Shown: piece by piece, positions 53,105 through 63,353 of the stretch | Position numbering within the stretch: the stretch's first letter is position 1 | Layout: every line of letters begins with the position of its first letter | Assembly (NCBI GenBank): GCA_014860585.1 | Contig: JACZJL010000027.1 | Span: forward strand, 10,242-74,241 | DNA length: 64,000 nucleotides | Direction of reading: 5' to 3' | Source of the DNA: Bacteroidales bacterium | GTDB lineage: Bacteria; Bacteroidota; Bacteroidia; Bacteroidales; 4484-276 | The notes under the pieces: generated by a model | Databases searched by the model: none | Told to the model about the DNA's origin: nothing | What the model saw: only the letters and a program-made list of their open reading frames with translations | Program-made: the position numbers and the translations under genes

Positions 53105-53194
53105 AAACTGCTGATTTTTACTCCTGACCCAAAAGGGAGATCTTTAAAAATCAGCAGTTTATAAAAGTCCCCTTTAAGGGGTTTTGGGGTAAAT
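53105..53194. repeat. Structured palindromic element, copy B (related to 16313-16454)
   Basis: Perfect 16-bp hairpin aaactgctgattttta (53105-53120) / taaaaatcagcagttt (53145-53160) with loop ctcctgacccaaaagggag. It is followed by tcccctttaaggggttttggggtaaat. It shares the CTGATTTT/AAAATCAG arms, the CCCAA..AAAGGGAG loop and the CAGTTTA..TCCCTTTA(A)GGG..GGGGTAAAT tail with copy A. Confidence 0.55.
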
Positions 53195-53200
53195 TTTTTT

Positions 53201-54256
53201 TTAGACCGGATTCATCAATTGTTGCGCTGCTTGAACAAACCCCTCCACATCTTGCAGGGTTGTGTCAAAAGAACACATCAGACGAACTTCGTTTTCAGCT
53301 TCGTTCCAAACATGAAAAAAATATGCTTCCTGCAATTTTGGAATCAAATCCCCGGGCATGATAGCGAATACACCATTGGCCTCAACCGGTCTGCTCAATG
53401 TGATGCCACTTACTGCGGGCAGGCGTTCTCCAAGTAATTTTGCCATCCGGTTTGCATTTTCGGCGTTGCGTTTCCACAGGTCGTTTTCGAGATAGGCCAG
53501 GAATTGAACGATGATAAACCTCATTTTGCTGGCCAGTTGCATGCCTTGTTTGCGGTTGTACTGAAATCCCTCAGCCAGTGATTTGTTCAGGAAAACGACG
53601 GCTTCTCCGAACATCAGTCCGTTCTTGGTGCCTCCAAATGAGAGGACATCCACCCCGCAATCAGCGGTCATTTCGCCAAAGCTGCAACCCAATGCTACGG
53701 CTGCATTAGCAATACGTGCGCCGTCCATATGCAGGTACATATTGTTGGTATGTGCAAAATCAGCAAGTGCTTTGATTTCTTTAAGGTTGTAAAGTGTTCC
53801 CATTTCGGTCGCCTGTGAGATACTGATCAACCTTGGCTGAACATGGTGCTGGAAGCCAAAACTGTTAAGAAACGGCTCAACCTGCGATGGTTTAATCTTA
53901 CCGTCTTCGCAGTGAACAGTCAATAATTTCCCGCCTGTGAATTTTTCCGGAGCACCAGCTTCATCTTCATTCAGATGTGCCGAATGAGGCGTTACCACTG
54001 CTTCCCAAGAGCGGAGCAATTGCTGCACCGAAAGTACGTTTGCGCCGGTGCCATTGTAAACGAAAAAAACCTGGATCTCGTCACCAAAAATTTCCTGAAA
54101 CCGTTGCTGTGCCAGCCCCATCAGGGGATCATTTTCGCCATAGGCAGGATGATGACCATAATTAACGGTGGATAAAGCCTGCATCACTTCGGGCGACACT
54201 CCCGACCAATTGTCGCTTGCAAAACCTTTACGGTAAGGAGGCATATAGTTTGTCAT
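53201..54256 (-). CDS. Threonine aldolase family PLP enzyme (beta-eliminating lyase fold)
   Basis: FASDNWSGVSPEVMQAL, NGTGANVLS, HMDGARIANAAVALG, and LSFGGTKNGLMFGEAVVF (the PLP Lys). Confidence 0.8.
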   Translation of the reverse strand: MTNYMPPYRKGFASDNWSGVSPEVMQALSTVNYGHHPAYGENDPLMGLAQQRFQEIFGDEIQVFFVYNGTGANVLSVQQLLRSWEAVVTPHSAHLNEDEAGAPEKFTGGKLLTVHCEDGKIKPSQVEPFLNSFGFQHHVQPRLISISQATEMGTLYNLKEIKALADFAHTNNMYLHMDGARIANAAVALGCSFGEMTADCGVDVLSFGGTKNGLMFGEAVVFLNKSLAEGFQYNRKQGMQLASKMRFIIVQFLAYLENDLWKRNAENANRMAKLLGERLPAVSGITLSRPVEANGVFAIMPGDLIPKLQEAYFFHVWNEAENEVRLMCSFDTTLQDVEGFVQAAQQLMNPV

Positions 54257-54347
54257 TGCTTTGGATTTGCTGTAAACAAATTACCCAGTATTTTTTAAAG
54301 GATGGTTGGTAAACCCGGTTAAGTAAATGTATCGAATGTGCTTCTCC

Positions 54348-56132
54348 TTAAAATTTGTAAGCGTTTTCTTCGATCAGGTAATTGGCAATCCGCCGGCGTG
54401 CTTCTTTGGTGTTCACAGGTTTTACAGATGTCAGTTTGCTAATATGGCACATCAGCTTCTCGCGGTAGTCCTGGTTTTCAGCAAAAGAGTTTATGGCATC
54501 TTTCCCACATTTGTGAATGATATCGGCAGCGTCGTAAATGAAAACATCCACAATATCTTTATAAATACTCAAAGCTCCGGCGCCTTTAAGACTTTCAAGC
54601 TTTTCAAGGCGGAGCATCGCTGATTCTGAAGCATAAACCTGCATGATCATGTCCGAAATATTGAACAGGATTTCCTGCTCGTTGGTTAAGCTGCGCTGGA
54701 AAACTTCTGAAACTTCGCCAAGGAGAATTAAAGCTGCTTTTTTGAAGTTCATGATAAAATGCCGTTTCTCTCCGAAATAGTCTACAGGAACCACCTCCGT
54801 TTTTGGTTCCTCCATACCTTTAAGTATAGATTTGGAGTACCTGCTGACATCAAAACCTTCTTTCAGTGATTTCTTGATGGTGGTATCCACTACCAGCATT
54901 CGGTTAATCTCATTGGTACCTTCAAAAATACGGTTGATCCTTGAATCGCGATAAGCCCGGTCTACCGGAGTTTCGGACGAAAAGCCCATTCCACCGAAAA
55001 TCTGAACGGCTTCGTCAACGATGAAGCTCAACGCTTCGGAGCCAAATACTTTGAGGAAAGCAGCTTCGATGGCATACTGAGCAATCCCTTCAATTGATGC
55101 TTTACTTTTTGGGTATCCTTCTTCGAGCAGTTTCTCGATCGTGTCGTCAATCAGTTGGCCAACGCGGTAAACCGATGCTTCTGTTACCCAGGTTTTAATA
55201 ACCTGTTCGGCCATCTTGTGCTTGATAGCGCCAAATTCTGAGATTGATTTGCCGAACTGCTTGCGCTCGTTGGCATAGTTCACCGATTGTGTAATGGCAC
55301 GTTTTGCTGCTCCGAGCACTGTTCCCCCCAGCTTTATCCTTCCCATGTGAAGAATGTTGAGGGCAATACGGAACCCTTCACCTCTGGCTCCGAGCAGGTT
55401 TTCCACCGGTACCCTGCAGTCGTTGAAGAAAATCTGAACGGTTGATGAGCCCTTGATCCCCATCTTTTTCTCTTCGGGATTGAAAACAATGCCCGGGAAA
55501 GCGCGCTCGACGATGAATGCACTCAATACGCGGTCGTTATCGATTTTTGCAAACACAGTCATAATATCAGCAAAACCGCCATTAGTGATCCACATCTTCT
55601 GGCCATTAAGGATGTAGAATTTACCATCTTCCGAAAGGACAGCACGTGTTTTTCCGGAGTTGGCATCCGAGCCGGAGTTGGGTTCAGTGAGGCAATAAGC
55701 TGATGTAAGTGCACCGGTAGCAAGACTGGGGAGATATTTTTGTTTTTGCTCGTCGTTACCATAATAAACGATAGGCAAAGAGCCGATTCCAGTATGAGCT
55801 GAATAGGCGACTGAAAAAGAATATCCGGCGCCCATGTATTCGCTGGCGAGCATGGATGTTACAAACGACTGGTCAAACCCCTCGTATTCTGCAGGTACAG
55901 AAATACCAAGCAACCCCAGTTCACCGGATTTCTGCAACAGGTGTTTCATCAACCCCTCTTCCTGACTGTCAATGCGGTCGAGATTGGGATAAACAAAGGA
56001 TTCCAGAAAATCGCTGCAGGTTTGAGCGATCATTTTTTGTTCTTCAGTAAATTCTTCAGGTATGAATACATCTTTGGCTTCCGATTCTCTGATCAGAAAT
56101 TCGCCACCTCTCAAAATGTTGTCTTTTGCCAT
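54348..56132 (-). CDS. Long-form acyl-CoA dehydrogenase
   Basis: AYCLTEPNSGSDANSGKT, KMWITNGGFADI, QIFGGMGFSSETPVDRAYRDSRINRIFEGTNEINR. Start taken at ATG 56132 (MAKDNILRGGEF..). Confidence 0.9.
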   Translation of the reverse strand: MAKDNILRGGEFLIRESEAKDVFIPEEFTEEQKMIAQTCSDFLESFVYPNLDRIDSQEEGLMKHLLQKSGELGLLGISVPAEYEGFDQSFVTSMLASEYMGAGYSFSVAYSAHTGIGSLPIVYYGNDEQKQKYLPSLATGALTSAYCLTEPNSGSDANSGKTRAVLSEDGKFYILNGQKMWITNGGFADIMTVFAKIDNDRVLSAFIVERAFPGIVFNPEEKKMGIKGSSTVQIFFNDCRVPVENLLGARGEGFRIALNILHMGRIKLGGTVLGAAKRAITQSVNYANERKQFGKSISEFGAIKHKMAEQVIKTWVTEASVYRVGQLIDDTIEKLLEEGYPKSKASIEGIAQYAIEAAFLKVFGSEALSFIVDEAVQIFGGMGFSSETPVDRAYRDSRINRIFEGTNEINRMLVVDTTIKKSLKEGFDVSRYSKSILKGMEEPKTEVVPVDYFGEKRHFIMNFKKAALILLGEVSEVFQRSLTNEQEILFNISDMIMQVYASESAMLRLEKLESLKGAGALSIYKDIVDVFIYDAADIIHKCGKDAINSFAENQDYREKLMCHISKLTSVKPVNTKEARRRIANYLIEENAYKF

Positions 56133-56175
56133 CAGATAATTTTTTTTAAAATTTGGCTGCAAAGGTAAATAAATA

Positions 56176-56209
56176 CCGGCTTAGAAGCTGATTATTGCCT
56201 CTAAGCCGG
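56176..56209 (-). terminator. Hairpin after the 56232-57116 lipoprotein gene (terminator candidate)
   Basis: ccggcttaga (56176-56185) / tctaagccgg (56200-56209), 10-bp perfect with a 14-nt loop. The minus-strand trailing sequence tatttattta is only moderately U-rich. Confidence 0.5.
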
Positions 56210-56231
56210 CTGGAATTTTATCAAATGATCG

Positions 56232-57116
56232 TTATTCCATTACAATCACGTCAATTTTGATTTTATCACCTTTTTCATAAGTGTCCACAACCTTGATGTA
56301 ACCCAGTTTCTCGCCAACTGTCCTGAACATAAACACCTGGCCAACTTCCAGTTCACTTACTTTTGATGTGGCATCGGTAGTATTGTAATCAGGGAAAATA
56401 TGCAAATCGCCAATTGCATCAAACTCGGCGGCCGTCATGGTACTTGCATTAAAACGGGTTTGGTTTTTCGTTGTCCAGTCACCCAGTTCAAACGACGGAA
56501 TGGTGTTGGCATCTTCATCATCAGGCGCTGCGATGGAATTGATAAAAGTCACTCCTTTAAAGAATAGGAAGTCAACCTTAGCCTGGTTTAGTTTTGCTTC
56601 TGGTACTATATAAACAAGATCATCAACAGTGTTGTAGAAACTGCCAATAGGATCATTGAATGAACCCAATTCAATGTTGGTTACTTTTTTTACTGCTTCA
56701 CCCAAATAAGGTGGCTCTGTAACGGTAGCATTCAATTCCTTTTCATCTGTCAACCCTCCATGAGCAGTGATTTTAAAGGTAACCTTGCCCACACCCACAC
56801 CTACAAACTGGATTTCGAAATCAGCATTAAAATCAGGTGCATCGAATACCGTGTCAACAAGTGTCAAGGTGTTGTACAAGATGTTGAACCTTACCAAATT
56901 ATGTTCGTGGGTTGTACTTTTCGAGGCAGTTACTCCAAACTTCACGGTTGTGCCTTCAATGACTTCAAAATCAGCAGATGTGTAACCTTCGCCGGTTTTC
57001 AGGGTTAGTGCTGGCCCCATGTCCACCACTGGTTCATCCTCGTCTTTACTGCATCCTGCGATAGCTACTCCAGTCAAAATCAACATGGCAAATGAAAAAA
57101 ATCTCCAAAATCTCAT
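56232..57116 (-). CDS. Hypothetical lipoprotein
   Basis: Leader MRFWRFFSFAMLILTGVAIAGC. The rest is beta-rich and I recognise no motif. Confidence 0.7.
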   Translation of the reverse strand: MRFWRFFSFAMLILTGVAIAGCSKDEDEPVVDMGPALTLKTGEGYTSADFEVIEGTTVKFGVTASKSTTHEHNLVRFNILYNTLTLVDTVFDAPDFNADFEIQFVGVGVGKVTFKITAHGGLTDEKELNATVTEPPYLGEAVKKVTNIELGSFNDPIGSFYNTVDDLVYIVPEAKLNQAKVDFLFFKGVTFINSIAAPDDEDANTIPSFELGDWTTKNQTRFNASTMTAAEFDAIGDLHIFPDYNTTDATSKVSELEVGQVFMFRTVGEKLGYIKVVDTYEKGDKIKIDVIVME

Positions 57117-57452
57117 AATTCCTAATTTTAAAATAATTAATAAAAAGTTTTAAATTTCAAATTGTGCGATGAAACGATTTGATTACCGACATTATTTTAG
57201 TTGAAATGATATCTATTTCATTAAATCAGGCCAATGCGGAGAATGGATTAAAATTTCGGCAGTAAAAGATTGATATCACATGATAAGTAATTCATTTTGC
57301 GAACAGGCAAAATGCATCCTTTTAAAAAGCCAGACAGATCGCTGCTGGGTTGCAGTTGAAAAATTTATTCCATGTTTTCAGTTTACGGGAGTGCATTATT
57401 TGTATTTTTACCACTCAGTTTATCGACATTAATTTCAAAAAAAGCAAGAGTT

Positions 57453-58067
57453 ATGCATATCGCAGTTGCAGGAAATATTGGTTCAGGAAAAACCACACTC
57501 ACCACGTTGCTTTCCAGGCATTTTAAATGGGAGCCTCACTTCGAATCTGTGGACGATAATCCCTACCTTCACAGTTTTTATGAAGACATGCGTCGCTGGT
57601 CATTCAACCTCCAGATTTACTTTCTCAACAGTCGTTTCAGGCAGATCATCAAAATTAGGGAAAGTGGGAAAAATGTGATCCAGGACAGGACAATTTATGA
57701 AGATGCCTACATATTTGCTCCTAACCTACACGAAATGAACCTGATGACCACACGAGACTATGACAATTACCGGTCGTTGTTCGAGCTGATGATCAGTTTC
57801 ATAAAGCCCCCGGACCTGCTGATTTACCTTCGGGGTTCGGTGCCTACCCTGGTCAGGCAGATACAGAAACGTGGCCGCGATTACGAGGAATCCATCCGGC
57901 TCGATTACCTGAAGAGCCTGAACGATCGCTATGAAGCATGGATGGAGAATTACACGGAGGGAAAAAAACTGATTTTTAACGTGGATCAGCTTGACTTTGA
58001 AGAAAAACCGGAGGCGCTGGGTTATGTAATTGATCAGATCAACGCGGAGCTGCACGGACTTTTTTAG
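57453..58067 (+). CDS. Deoxynucleoside kinase family protein
   Basis: MHIAVAGNIGSGKTTL (P-loop), NPYLHSFYEDMRRWSFNLQIYFL, QDRTIYED. Start taken at ATG 57453. Confidence 0.85.
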   Translation: MHIAVAGNIGSGKTTLTTLLSRHFKWEPHFESVDDNPYLHSFYEDMRRWSFNLQIYFLNSRFRQIIKIRESGKNVIQDRTIYEDAYIFAPNLHEMNLMTTRDYDNYRSLFELMISFIKPPDLLIYLRGSVPTLVRQIQKRGRDYEESIRLDYLKSLNDRYEAWMENYTEGKKLIFNVDQLDFEEKPEALGYVIDQINAELHGLF

Positions 58068-58071
58068 AGGC

Positions 58072-58947
58072 TCAGAATTTTTGTAAAATACGTTGAACTG
58101 AACCCAGGTATCCGCCACCAAAGAGAATAACGTGAACCATGAGCGGGTACAAATTGTAATATTCCAACCTCTGTTGCCAGCCTTTTTCCAGTGTATTGTA
58201 ACTGGTGTAAGCATCATAAAACTTTCCTGAAAATCCTCCAAAAAGTGTTGACATGGCAATATCTACCTCCGGATGGCCATAGTAAATTGCAGGATCAATT
58301 AAACATACCCGACCATCTTCAGTCACCATATAATTACCGCTCCAAAGATCACCGTGAACCAGTGACGGCCTGGTTTCAGGGAAAATTTCACCAAGCCGCA
58401 AATAAAGACGCCCGAAAGCTGAAACATCCTCTCTGCCGATCTTTCCTTCTTCCCGTGCCATTTTAACCAGGGGCTCTAATCTTTCTTCAATAAAAAAATC
58501 TGTCCATTCATCGTGAAATGTATTGCTTTGATATAGTGAACCCATAAAATTGTCGTGATCAAGCCCGAACTGCCCGGCTTTGTGACGATGCAGGGCAGCA
58601 AGCTTAATCCCGAAATCCTCCCAGAAATCACTTCTTTCTGTTGCTGATACGATAAATTTCAACAAGAGAAACGAAAAATTTCCGCTGCTTCCATAATGAA
58701 GCACATCCGGCACATTAATCTCATTGAGATTTTTCAATAGTTTTAATCCGGCTGCCTCTTTTTCGAACATGCCCGGATAGCGACCGGCATTATTGTATTT
58801 TAGAAAATATATACCGCTGGCTGTTTTGATTTTGAATGCCTGGTTTATCGATCCTCCTGATATTGTTGTAGCAATCAGGTTATAATCAGACGAATCTGAT
58901 AATGCCAAATGAGAGATGAGGGATTTCTTAATTTCGTCAGGAAGCAT
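58072..58947 (-). CDS. Fructosamine/ketosamine kinase family protein
   Basis: SGGSINQAFKI, PSLVHGDLWSGN, IDPAIYYGHPEVDIAM. Confidence 0.85.
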   Translation of the reverse strand: MLPDEIKKSLISHLALSDSSDYNLIATTISGGSINQAFKIKTASGIYFLKYNNAGRYPGMFEKEAAGLKLLKNLNEINVPDVLHYGSSGNFSFLLLKFIVSATERSDFWEDFGIKLAALHRHKAGQFGLDHDNFMGSLYQSNTFHDEWTDFFIEERLEPLVKMAREEGKIGREDVSAFGRLYLRLGEIFPETRPSLVHGDLWSGNYMVTEDGRVCLIDPAIYYGHPEVDIAMSTLFGGFSGKFYDAYTSYNTLEKGWQQRLEYYNLYPLMVHVILFGGGYLGSVQRILQKF

Positions 58948-58971
58948 AGGTTGAAATCACTGTTTGCAGAA

Positions 58972-59415
58972 TTAAAGCATCACAACGTGGGTGTTTATCT
59001 TTTTTCTCAACAATTTATCCCCCAAAAACAACACTATGGAGGCTAGTATGATCATCAATGGCATGGAAGAAAACTTAATGTTTGCAAAACCATTGGTAAA
59101 CATACTGACGATTGATGAAAACATATTGACATAATTCATCAGGCTAATCCCCGGCTGAACATCGGTATGGCTGAACCGGCCAAATACATCAAACGAAAAA
59201 ATCATGTAGCCCACTCCAACAAATGCGGCTGCTATTAATGTCCACTGCCACCAATTGAATGGCAATTTTTCAACGGTTTCCTTCTCCACTTTTATCACAG
59301 GAATGGCGGCCATCACTTTGTCGGTAAAACCCTCAGAAGGTTTGTCATCGTCAATGTTATTCAGCAGATTTTTAAGAAAATCATCTTTGATATGCTCTGT
59401 ATTTTGTAAATTCAT
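58972..59415 (-). CDS. Small membrane protein, putative anti-sigma factor partner of the upstream ECF sigma
   Basis: 4-nt overlap with the sigma gene stop. Two or three TM segments (WWQWTLIAAAFVGVGYMIF, MPLMIILASIVLFLG). The function is inferred from position only. Confidence 0.45.
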   Translation of the reverse strand: MNLQNTEHIKDDFLKNLLNNIDDDKPSEGFTDKVMAAIPVIKVEKETVEKLPFNWWQWTLIAAAFVGVGYMIFSFDVFGRFSHTDVQPGISLMNYVNMFSSIVSMFTNGFANIKFSSMPLMIILASIVLFLGDKLLRKKINTHVVML

Positions 59416-59969
59416 AGTTCAAGTTGTTTTTTCAATTCATCGTACATACGTTTACGAATTCTGTAAAGCCTCACTTTGACATTGGATTGCGATAATCCTG
59501 TAATTTCACTGATCTCATCCACGGGACATTCGTTTTTGTAAAACAAATTCAGTAACAAATTGTCTTCTTCGGGTAACTTTTCCATCACGGCGTTCAGCGC
59601 TTCGATCTGCTCTTCTTTGTCCAGTTCTTCCATGCCTCTGCTCACATGATCTGTTGTATAATTATCTATTAGCGCATCATCGATAGCTGCAAATTCGGTT
59701 TTTGGTCTTCGAACCCGCGAAATGGATGTGTTATAGGCTATTCGGTAGAGCCATGTCGAAAAACGTGATTTACCTTCAAAGCCTTGCAATGCCTGGTAAG
59801 CTTTGATAAAGACATCCTGCGCCAGTTCTTCGGCCTCATGATGATTTCTCACAATTTTATTTACAATCGTAAATACCATATCCTTATGCTTCTCAACCAG
59901 CATTTTGTATGCTGCAGCGTTGCCTTCCAGTACCTGCCCGATATAAAAGTTGTCGTCCCTGAATGTCAT
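59412..59969 (-). CDS. ECF-type RNA polymerase sigma-70 factor
   Basis: Region 2: EELAQDVFIKAYQAL..FSTWLYRIAYN. Region 4: ISEITGLSQSNVKVRLYRIRKRM. Confidence 0.9.
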   Translation of the reverse strand: MTFRDDNFYIGQVLEGNAAAYKMLVEKHKDMVFTIVNKIVRNHHEAEELAQDVFIKAYQALQGFEGKSRFSTWLYRIAYNTSISRVRRPKTEFAAIDDALIDNYTTDHVSRGMEELDKEEQIEALNAVMEKLPEEDNLLLNLFYKNECPVDEISEITGLSQSNVKVRLYRIRKRMYDELKKQLEL

Positions 59970-60105
59970 TCGAGTTCTTTGACGTGATAAAAAAGCAAAG
60001 GTTACATTTTTTCAAAAATACACTTTTCTGTTTGATGAGTAAAATGAAGCCTGTGCCTATTTTTGTTTACTTTTACCGTCTTATTCATCGCATAGATTTA
60101 GCGCC

Positions 60106-61431
60106 ATGACCAATCATACCGTACTGTCGAAACTCCACCCGACTGATATAGCCGCGGTAATTGAATCGCAAAAAGACAACGAACAGCTGATCACTTTCCT
60201 GATGCTTCCGAAGGATTTGAAAGCAGAGGTGTTCACCTATTTTTCTCCTTCGATGCAGGAGGAGATGATTCAGAAACTTGGATCAAGCCAAACCGCTGAG
60301 ATCCTTGAAAATATGGCGCCTGACGATCGCACCGAAATCCTCGAAAACATCCCTGATACACTGATTAAAGAGAGCATCAATCTGCTTTCGGATAAAGAAA
60401 AAAATATTGCCCTTAGCCTGTTGGGCTACCCCGAAGGGTGCGTTGCCAGGCTGATGACTCCGTATTATGTTCAGGCAAAAAAGGATTGGACAATCAAAAA
60501 AACTTTCGACCATATTAAGAAATTTGGCAAGAAGGCTGAAACGCTCAACTTCGTTTATGTGGTGGATGATAACAATAAGCTGATTGATGACATCAGGATT
60601 GGGATTTTGCTGATGGCCGATGAAAGACAAACCCTTGACTCAGTGATGGACTACGAGTTCAAAAACCTGGTCACTACCATGTCAAAAGAAGACGCCATTC
60701 ACTATTTCGACAAATACGACCGTGCGGCCCTGCCGGTTACTACTGTTGACGGAACATTGGTGGGGATTGTGACCTTCGACGATATCATGGACGAGATCGA
60801 AAAGCGCGACACCGAGGACTTCCAGAAACTTGGCGGTGTGGAAGCACTTGACCTGTCATACACCGAGACTCCGCTGCTGAGTATGGTGCGAAAACGTGCT
60901 TTTTGGCTTATCATCCTGTTTGTTGGCGAAATGTTTACCGCAAGTGCGCTGGGATTTTTTGAAAGCGAAATTGCCGCTGCCGTTGTGCTCGTATTGTTCA
61001 TACCGCTTATCATTTCCAGTGGTGGTAACTCCGGATCGCAGGCAGCGACACTGATCGTGAGGGCTATGGCATTGAAGGAACTTTCGTTTAAAGACTGGTT
61101 TTACGTGTTGAAAAAAGAAATATTCTCGGGATTTCTCCTTGGAATGATCCTCGGTTCGGTTGGATTATTGAAAATAATCGCCTGGCAATATTTTGAAATT
61201 GCCGATTATGGAGAACACTGGCTTTTCCTTGGACTAACGATTTTCTTTTCATTGATCGGGGTGGTGATGTGGGGTACTTTTAGCGGCTCGATGATTCCCA
61301 TCTTCCTGAAAAAATTCAAATTAGATCCTGCAACATCCTCTTCCCCACTGGTTGCTACCCTTGTTGATGTAACCGGGATTGTGATCTACTTTTCAGTCGC
61401 TGCGCTGATGCTTACAGGCAAGTTGCTTTAG
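60106..61431 (+). CDS. mgtE: Magnesium transporter MgtE
   Basis: The MgtE N-domain (APDDRTEILENIP), tandem CBS region and TM domain with PLIISSGGNSGSQAATL and ATLVDVTGIVIYF are all present. Confidence 0.92.
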   Translation: MTNHTVLSKLHPTDIAAVIESQKDNEQLITFLMLPKDLKAEVFTYFSPSMQEEMIQKLGSSQTAEILENMAPDDRTEILENIPDTLIKESINLLSDKEKNIALSLLGYPEGCVARLMTPYYVQAKKDWTIKKTFDHIKKFGKKAETLNFVYVVDDNNKLIDDIRIGILLMADERQTLDSVMDYEFKNLVTTMSKEDAIHYFDKYDRAALPVTTVDGTLVGIVTFDDIMDEIEKRDTEDFQKLGGVEALDLSYTETPLLSMVRKRAFWLIILFVGEMFTASALGFFESEIAAAVVLVLFIPLIISSGGNSGSQAATLIVRAMALKELSFKDWFYVLKKEIFSGFLLGMILGSVGLLKIIAWQYFEIADYGEHWLFLGLTIFFSLIGVVMWGTFSGSMIPIFLKKFKLDPATSSSPLVATLVDVTGIVIYFSVAALMLTGKLL

Positions 61432-61480
61432 TAAATGTTCAATTTTAATTTTTATACACAAGCAATCAAACCATGTGATC

Positions 61481-62389
61481 ATGAAAACTGTTTCCGTTAT
61501 TCTGACCACTTTTAATTCAGAAAGGTTCATCGCCAGGACGCTCAACTCAATCCTGAACCAAAAAGGAGTTGGAACAGATTTCAACCTTGAAGTGATTGTC
61601 GTTGATGATTTTTCGAATGACAGAACACTGGATATTTTAAAGGCTTACAACATTAAAATTATATCTACAAATTACAATTCCGGTGGTCCAAACCGCGGAA
61701 GAAATATTGGGATCAAGGCAGCTACCGGCGATTATCTTTGCATTGCCGACCATGATGATGAATGGGTTGAGGACAAAATATTAAATCAACTTCCCTATCT
61801 TCAACAAGCCCCCATTGTTTCATCGGGTTACACAGTAACTGATATTCATACGAATAAGAAACTTCTGCGATATGATGAAAGCCCTGATGGTGCTGTCTTT
61901 TATGCCGAAAATGAAACCTTTCTGAACAAGCTGAAAAAAACCAATAAAGGTCAGAAAGCCTACCTCGGCAGCCTTATTTTTCACAGCAACCTGAAAAACA
62001 TTCTTTTTGAAGAATCTTTTGGAGTGGTTGATTTCGATTGGATCCTGAGACTTTTTCATAAACAACGATCAGTTGAAATCAGCAGACCATTGTATAACCG
62101 GTGGGTCGAAAGTTCGAATTTATCCCTGAATGAGTCTTATCGACGAAAAGACTTTTATTATTCATTGATGATTATTGAAGATTATCGTGCTTTGTACCCA
62201 AAAGAAGTCAACATTGCTTACAAAAGAATTCATGGCTCAAGAGCAAGGTATTATTACCTGATGGGCAACATGAAGTTAGCCAGGTTCTTTTTTGCCAGGT
62301 CTGAATGTAGCATTAAGACCCTGGCATATTATCTTACAACATTTTTCGGTTCATCATTCGTTAAGAAGCACTTCAATGTTTTTGGTTAG
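61481..62389 (+). CDS. Family 2 glycosyltransferase
   Basis: VSVILTTFNSERFIARTLNSILNQ, VVDDFSND, IADHDDEW. The track start 61475 is a GTG; I prefer ATG 61481. Confidence 0.85.
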   Translation: MKTVSVILTTFNSERFIARTLNSILNQKGVGTDFNLEVIVVDDFSNDRTLDILKAYNIKIISTNYNSGGPNRGRNIGIKAATGDYLCIADHDDEWVEDKILNQLPYLQQAPIVSSGYTVTDIHTNKKLLRYDESPDGAVFYAENETFLNKLKKTNKGQKAYLGSLIFHSNLKNILFEESFGVVDFDWILRLFHKQRSVEISRPLYNRWVESSNLSLNESYRRKDFYYSLMIIEDYRALYPKEVNIAYKRIHGSRARYYYLMGNMKLARFFFARSECSIKTLAYYLTTFFGSSFVKKHFNVFG

Positions 62390-62400
62390 AACAGCTGTAT

Positions 62401-63168
62401 ATGATCACACGATTTAAGGATAAGTTTAGTGAAATTCTGTTGAATTATCATTCCGGAAAAAGGAAGAAGTCAATCGCAAAGGAAATTGATCCTGAATTTG
62501 TTGCTCATTTCAACATTGATGTTGAATGCAAACCGGCATGGTATGGAACAAGCTATGGCGGTTTTTATGTGCTGCCTGAACTGCTCAACGAAAATTCCAT
62601 CATCTACTCGATCGGTGTCGGGAAAGATATTTCGTTCGACAAAGCCTGTATCAAAAAGCACAATTGCAAAGTGTTTGCTTTTGACCCCACGCCAAAATCT
62701 ATTGAATGGATCAAAAGGCAGAAGTTACCGGTAAATTTCAGATTTTTCCCTTTTGGAATCAGCTCTGCAGACACAGGTTATTTTGAATTTTACCTGCCTA
62801 AACATGAAAAAGGCGTGTCAGGAAGCCTTGTGTTGCAAAATGATGTTGCAAAAGATAAACCCATTTCTGTCCTGATGAAATCATTCAGCGATATTACAAA
62901 TGAACTGGATCACCGGCATATTGATGTATTAAAAATGGATATTGAGGGTGCAGAATATGTAGCTTTAAAGCATGTTTTAAACTCACCGGTCATCGTTGAT
63001 CAGCTCATTATTGAATTTCATGATCGCAGTTTTGAACAGACTACACCCAAATCCAGGAATATTGTAAAGCAATTGCTTGATAGCGGCTATCACATTTTTG
63101 GTTGTTCGATTTCGTTTGAAGAAATTTCATTTGTGCATCATAGAAAGTTCAAAGCGCTGGGATTGTAA
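62401..63168 (+). CDS. FkbM-family methyltransferase
   Basis: IYSIGVGKDISFD, VFAFDPTP, IDVLKMDIEGAEYVAL. Confidence 0.75.
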   Translation: MITRFKDKFSEILLNYHSGKRKKSIAKEIDPEFVAHFNIDVECKPAWYGTSYGGFYVLPELLNENSIIYSIGVGKDISFDKACIKKHNCKVFAFDPTPKSIEWIKRQKLPVNFRFFPFGISSADTGYFEFYLPKHEKGVSGSLVLQNDVAKDKPISVLMKSFSDITNELDHRHIDVLKMDIEGAEYVALKHVLNSPVIVDQLIIEFHDRSFEQTTPKSRNIVKQLLDSGYHIFGCSISFEEISFVHHRKFKALGL

Positions 63169-63353
63169 GTATACAGATTTATTTCCTCATCACGGCAATA
63201 TTGGTCATCTGAAAAAACAAATTCCCTGACTTTTGAACAAAGATTTAGCATGCAAGTTTGTTAAGTGAAGCATAAGCCAAAGGAAAATTTGCGGGCTCAT
63301 TCATTAATTTTAATTTTGTGCTTTCGTATTCTTCAAAGAAAAACCGGATTACT

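Noticed and set aside
57293-57314. 8-bp hairpin cattttgc/gcaaaatg in the divergent region between the lipoprotein and dNK genes.
   Set aside because: No gene ends there, there is no U-tract, and it could arise by chance in AT-rich DNA.
59970-60105. Possible Mg2+ (M-box) riboswitch upstream of mgtE.
   Set aside because: The leader is only 136 nt, and I could not find the multi-helix M-box architecture. A TTTG-N23-TATTTTTG promoter-like pair (60031-60065) would leave only ~35 nt of 5' UTR.
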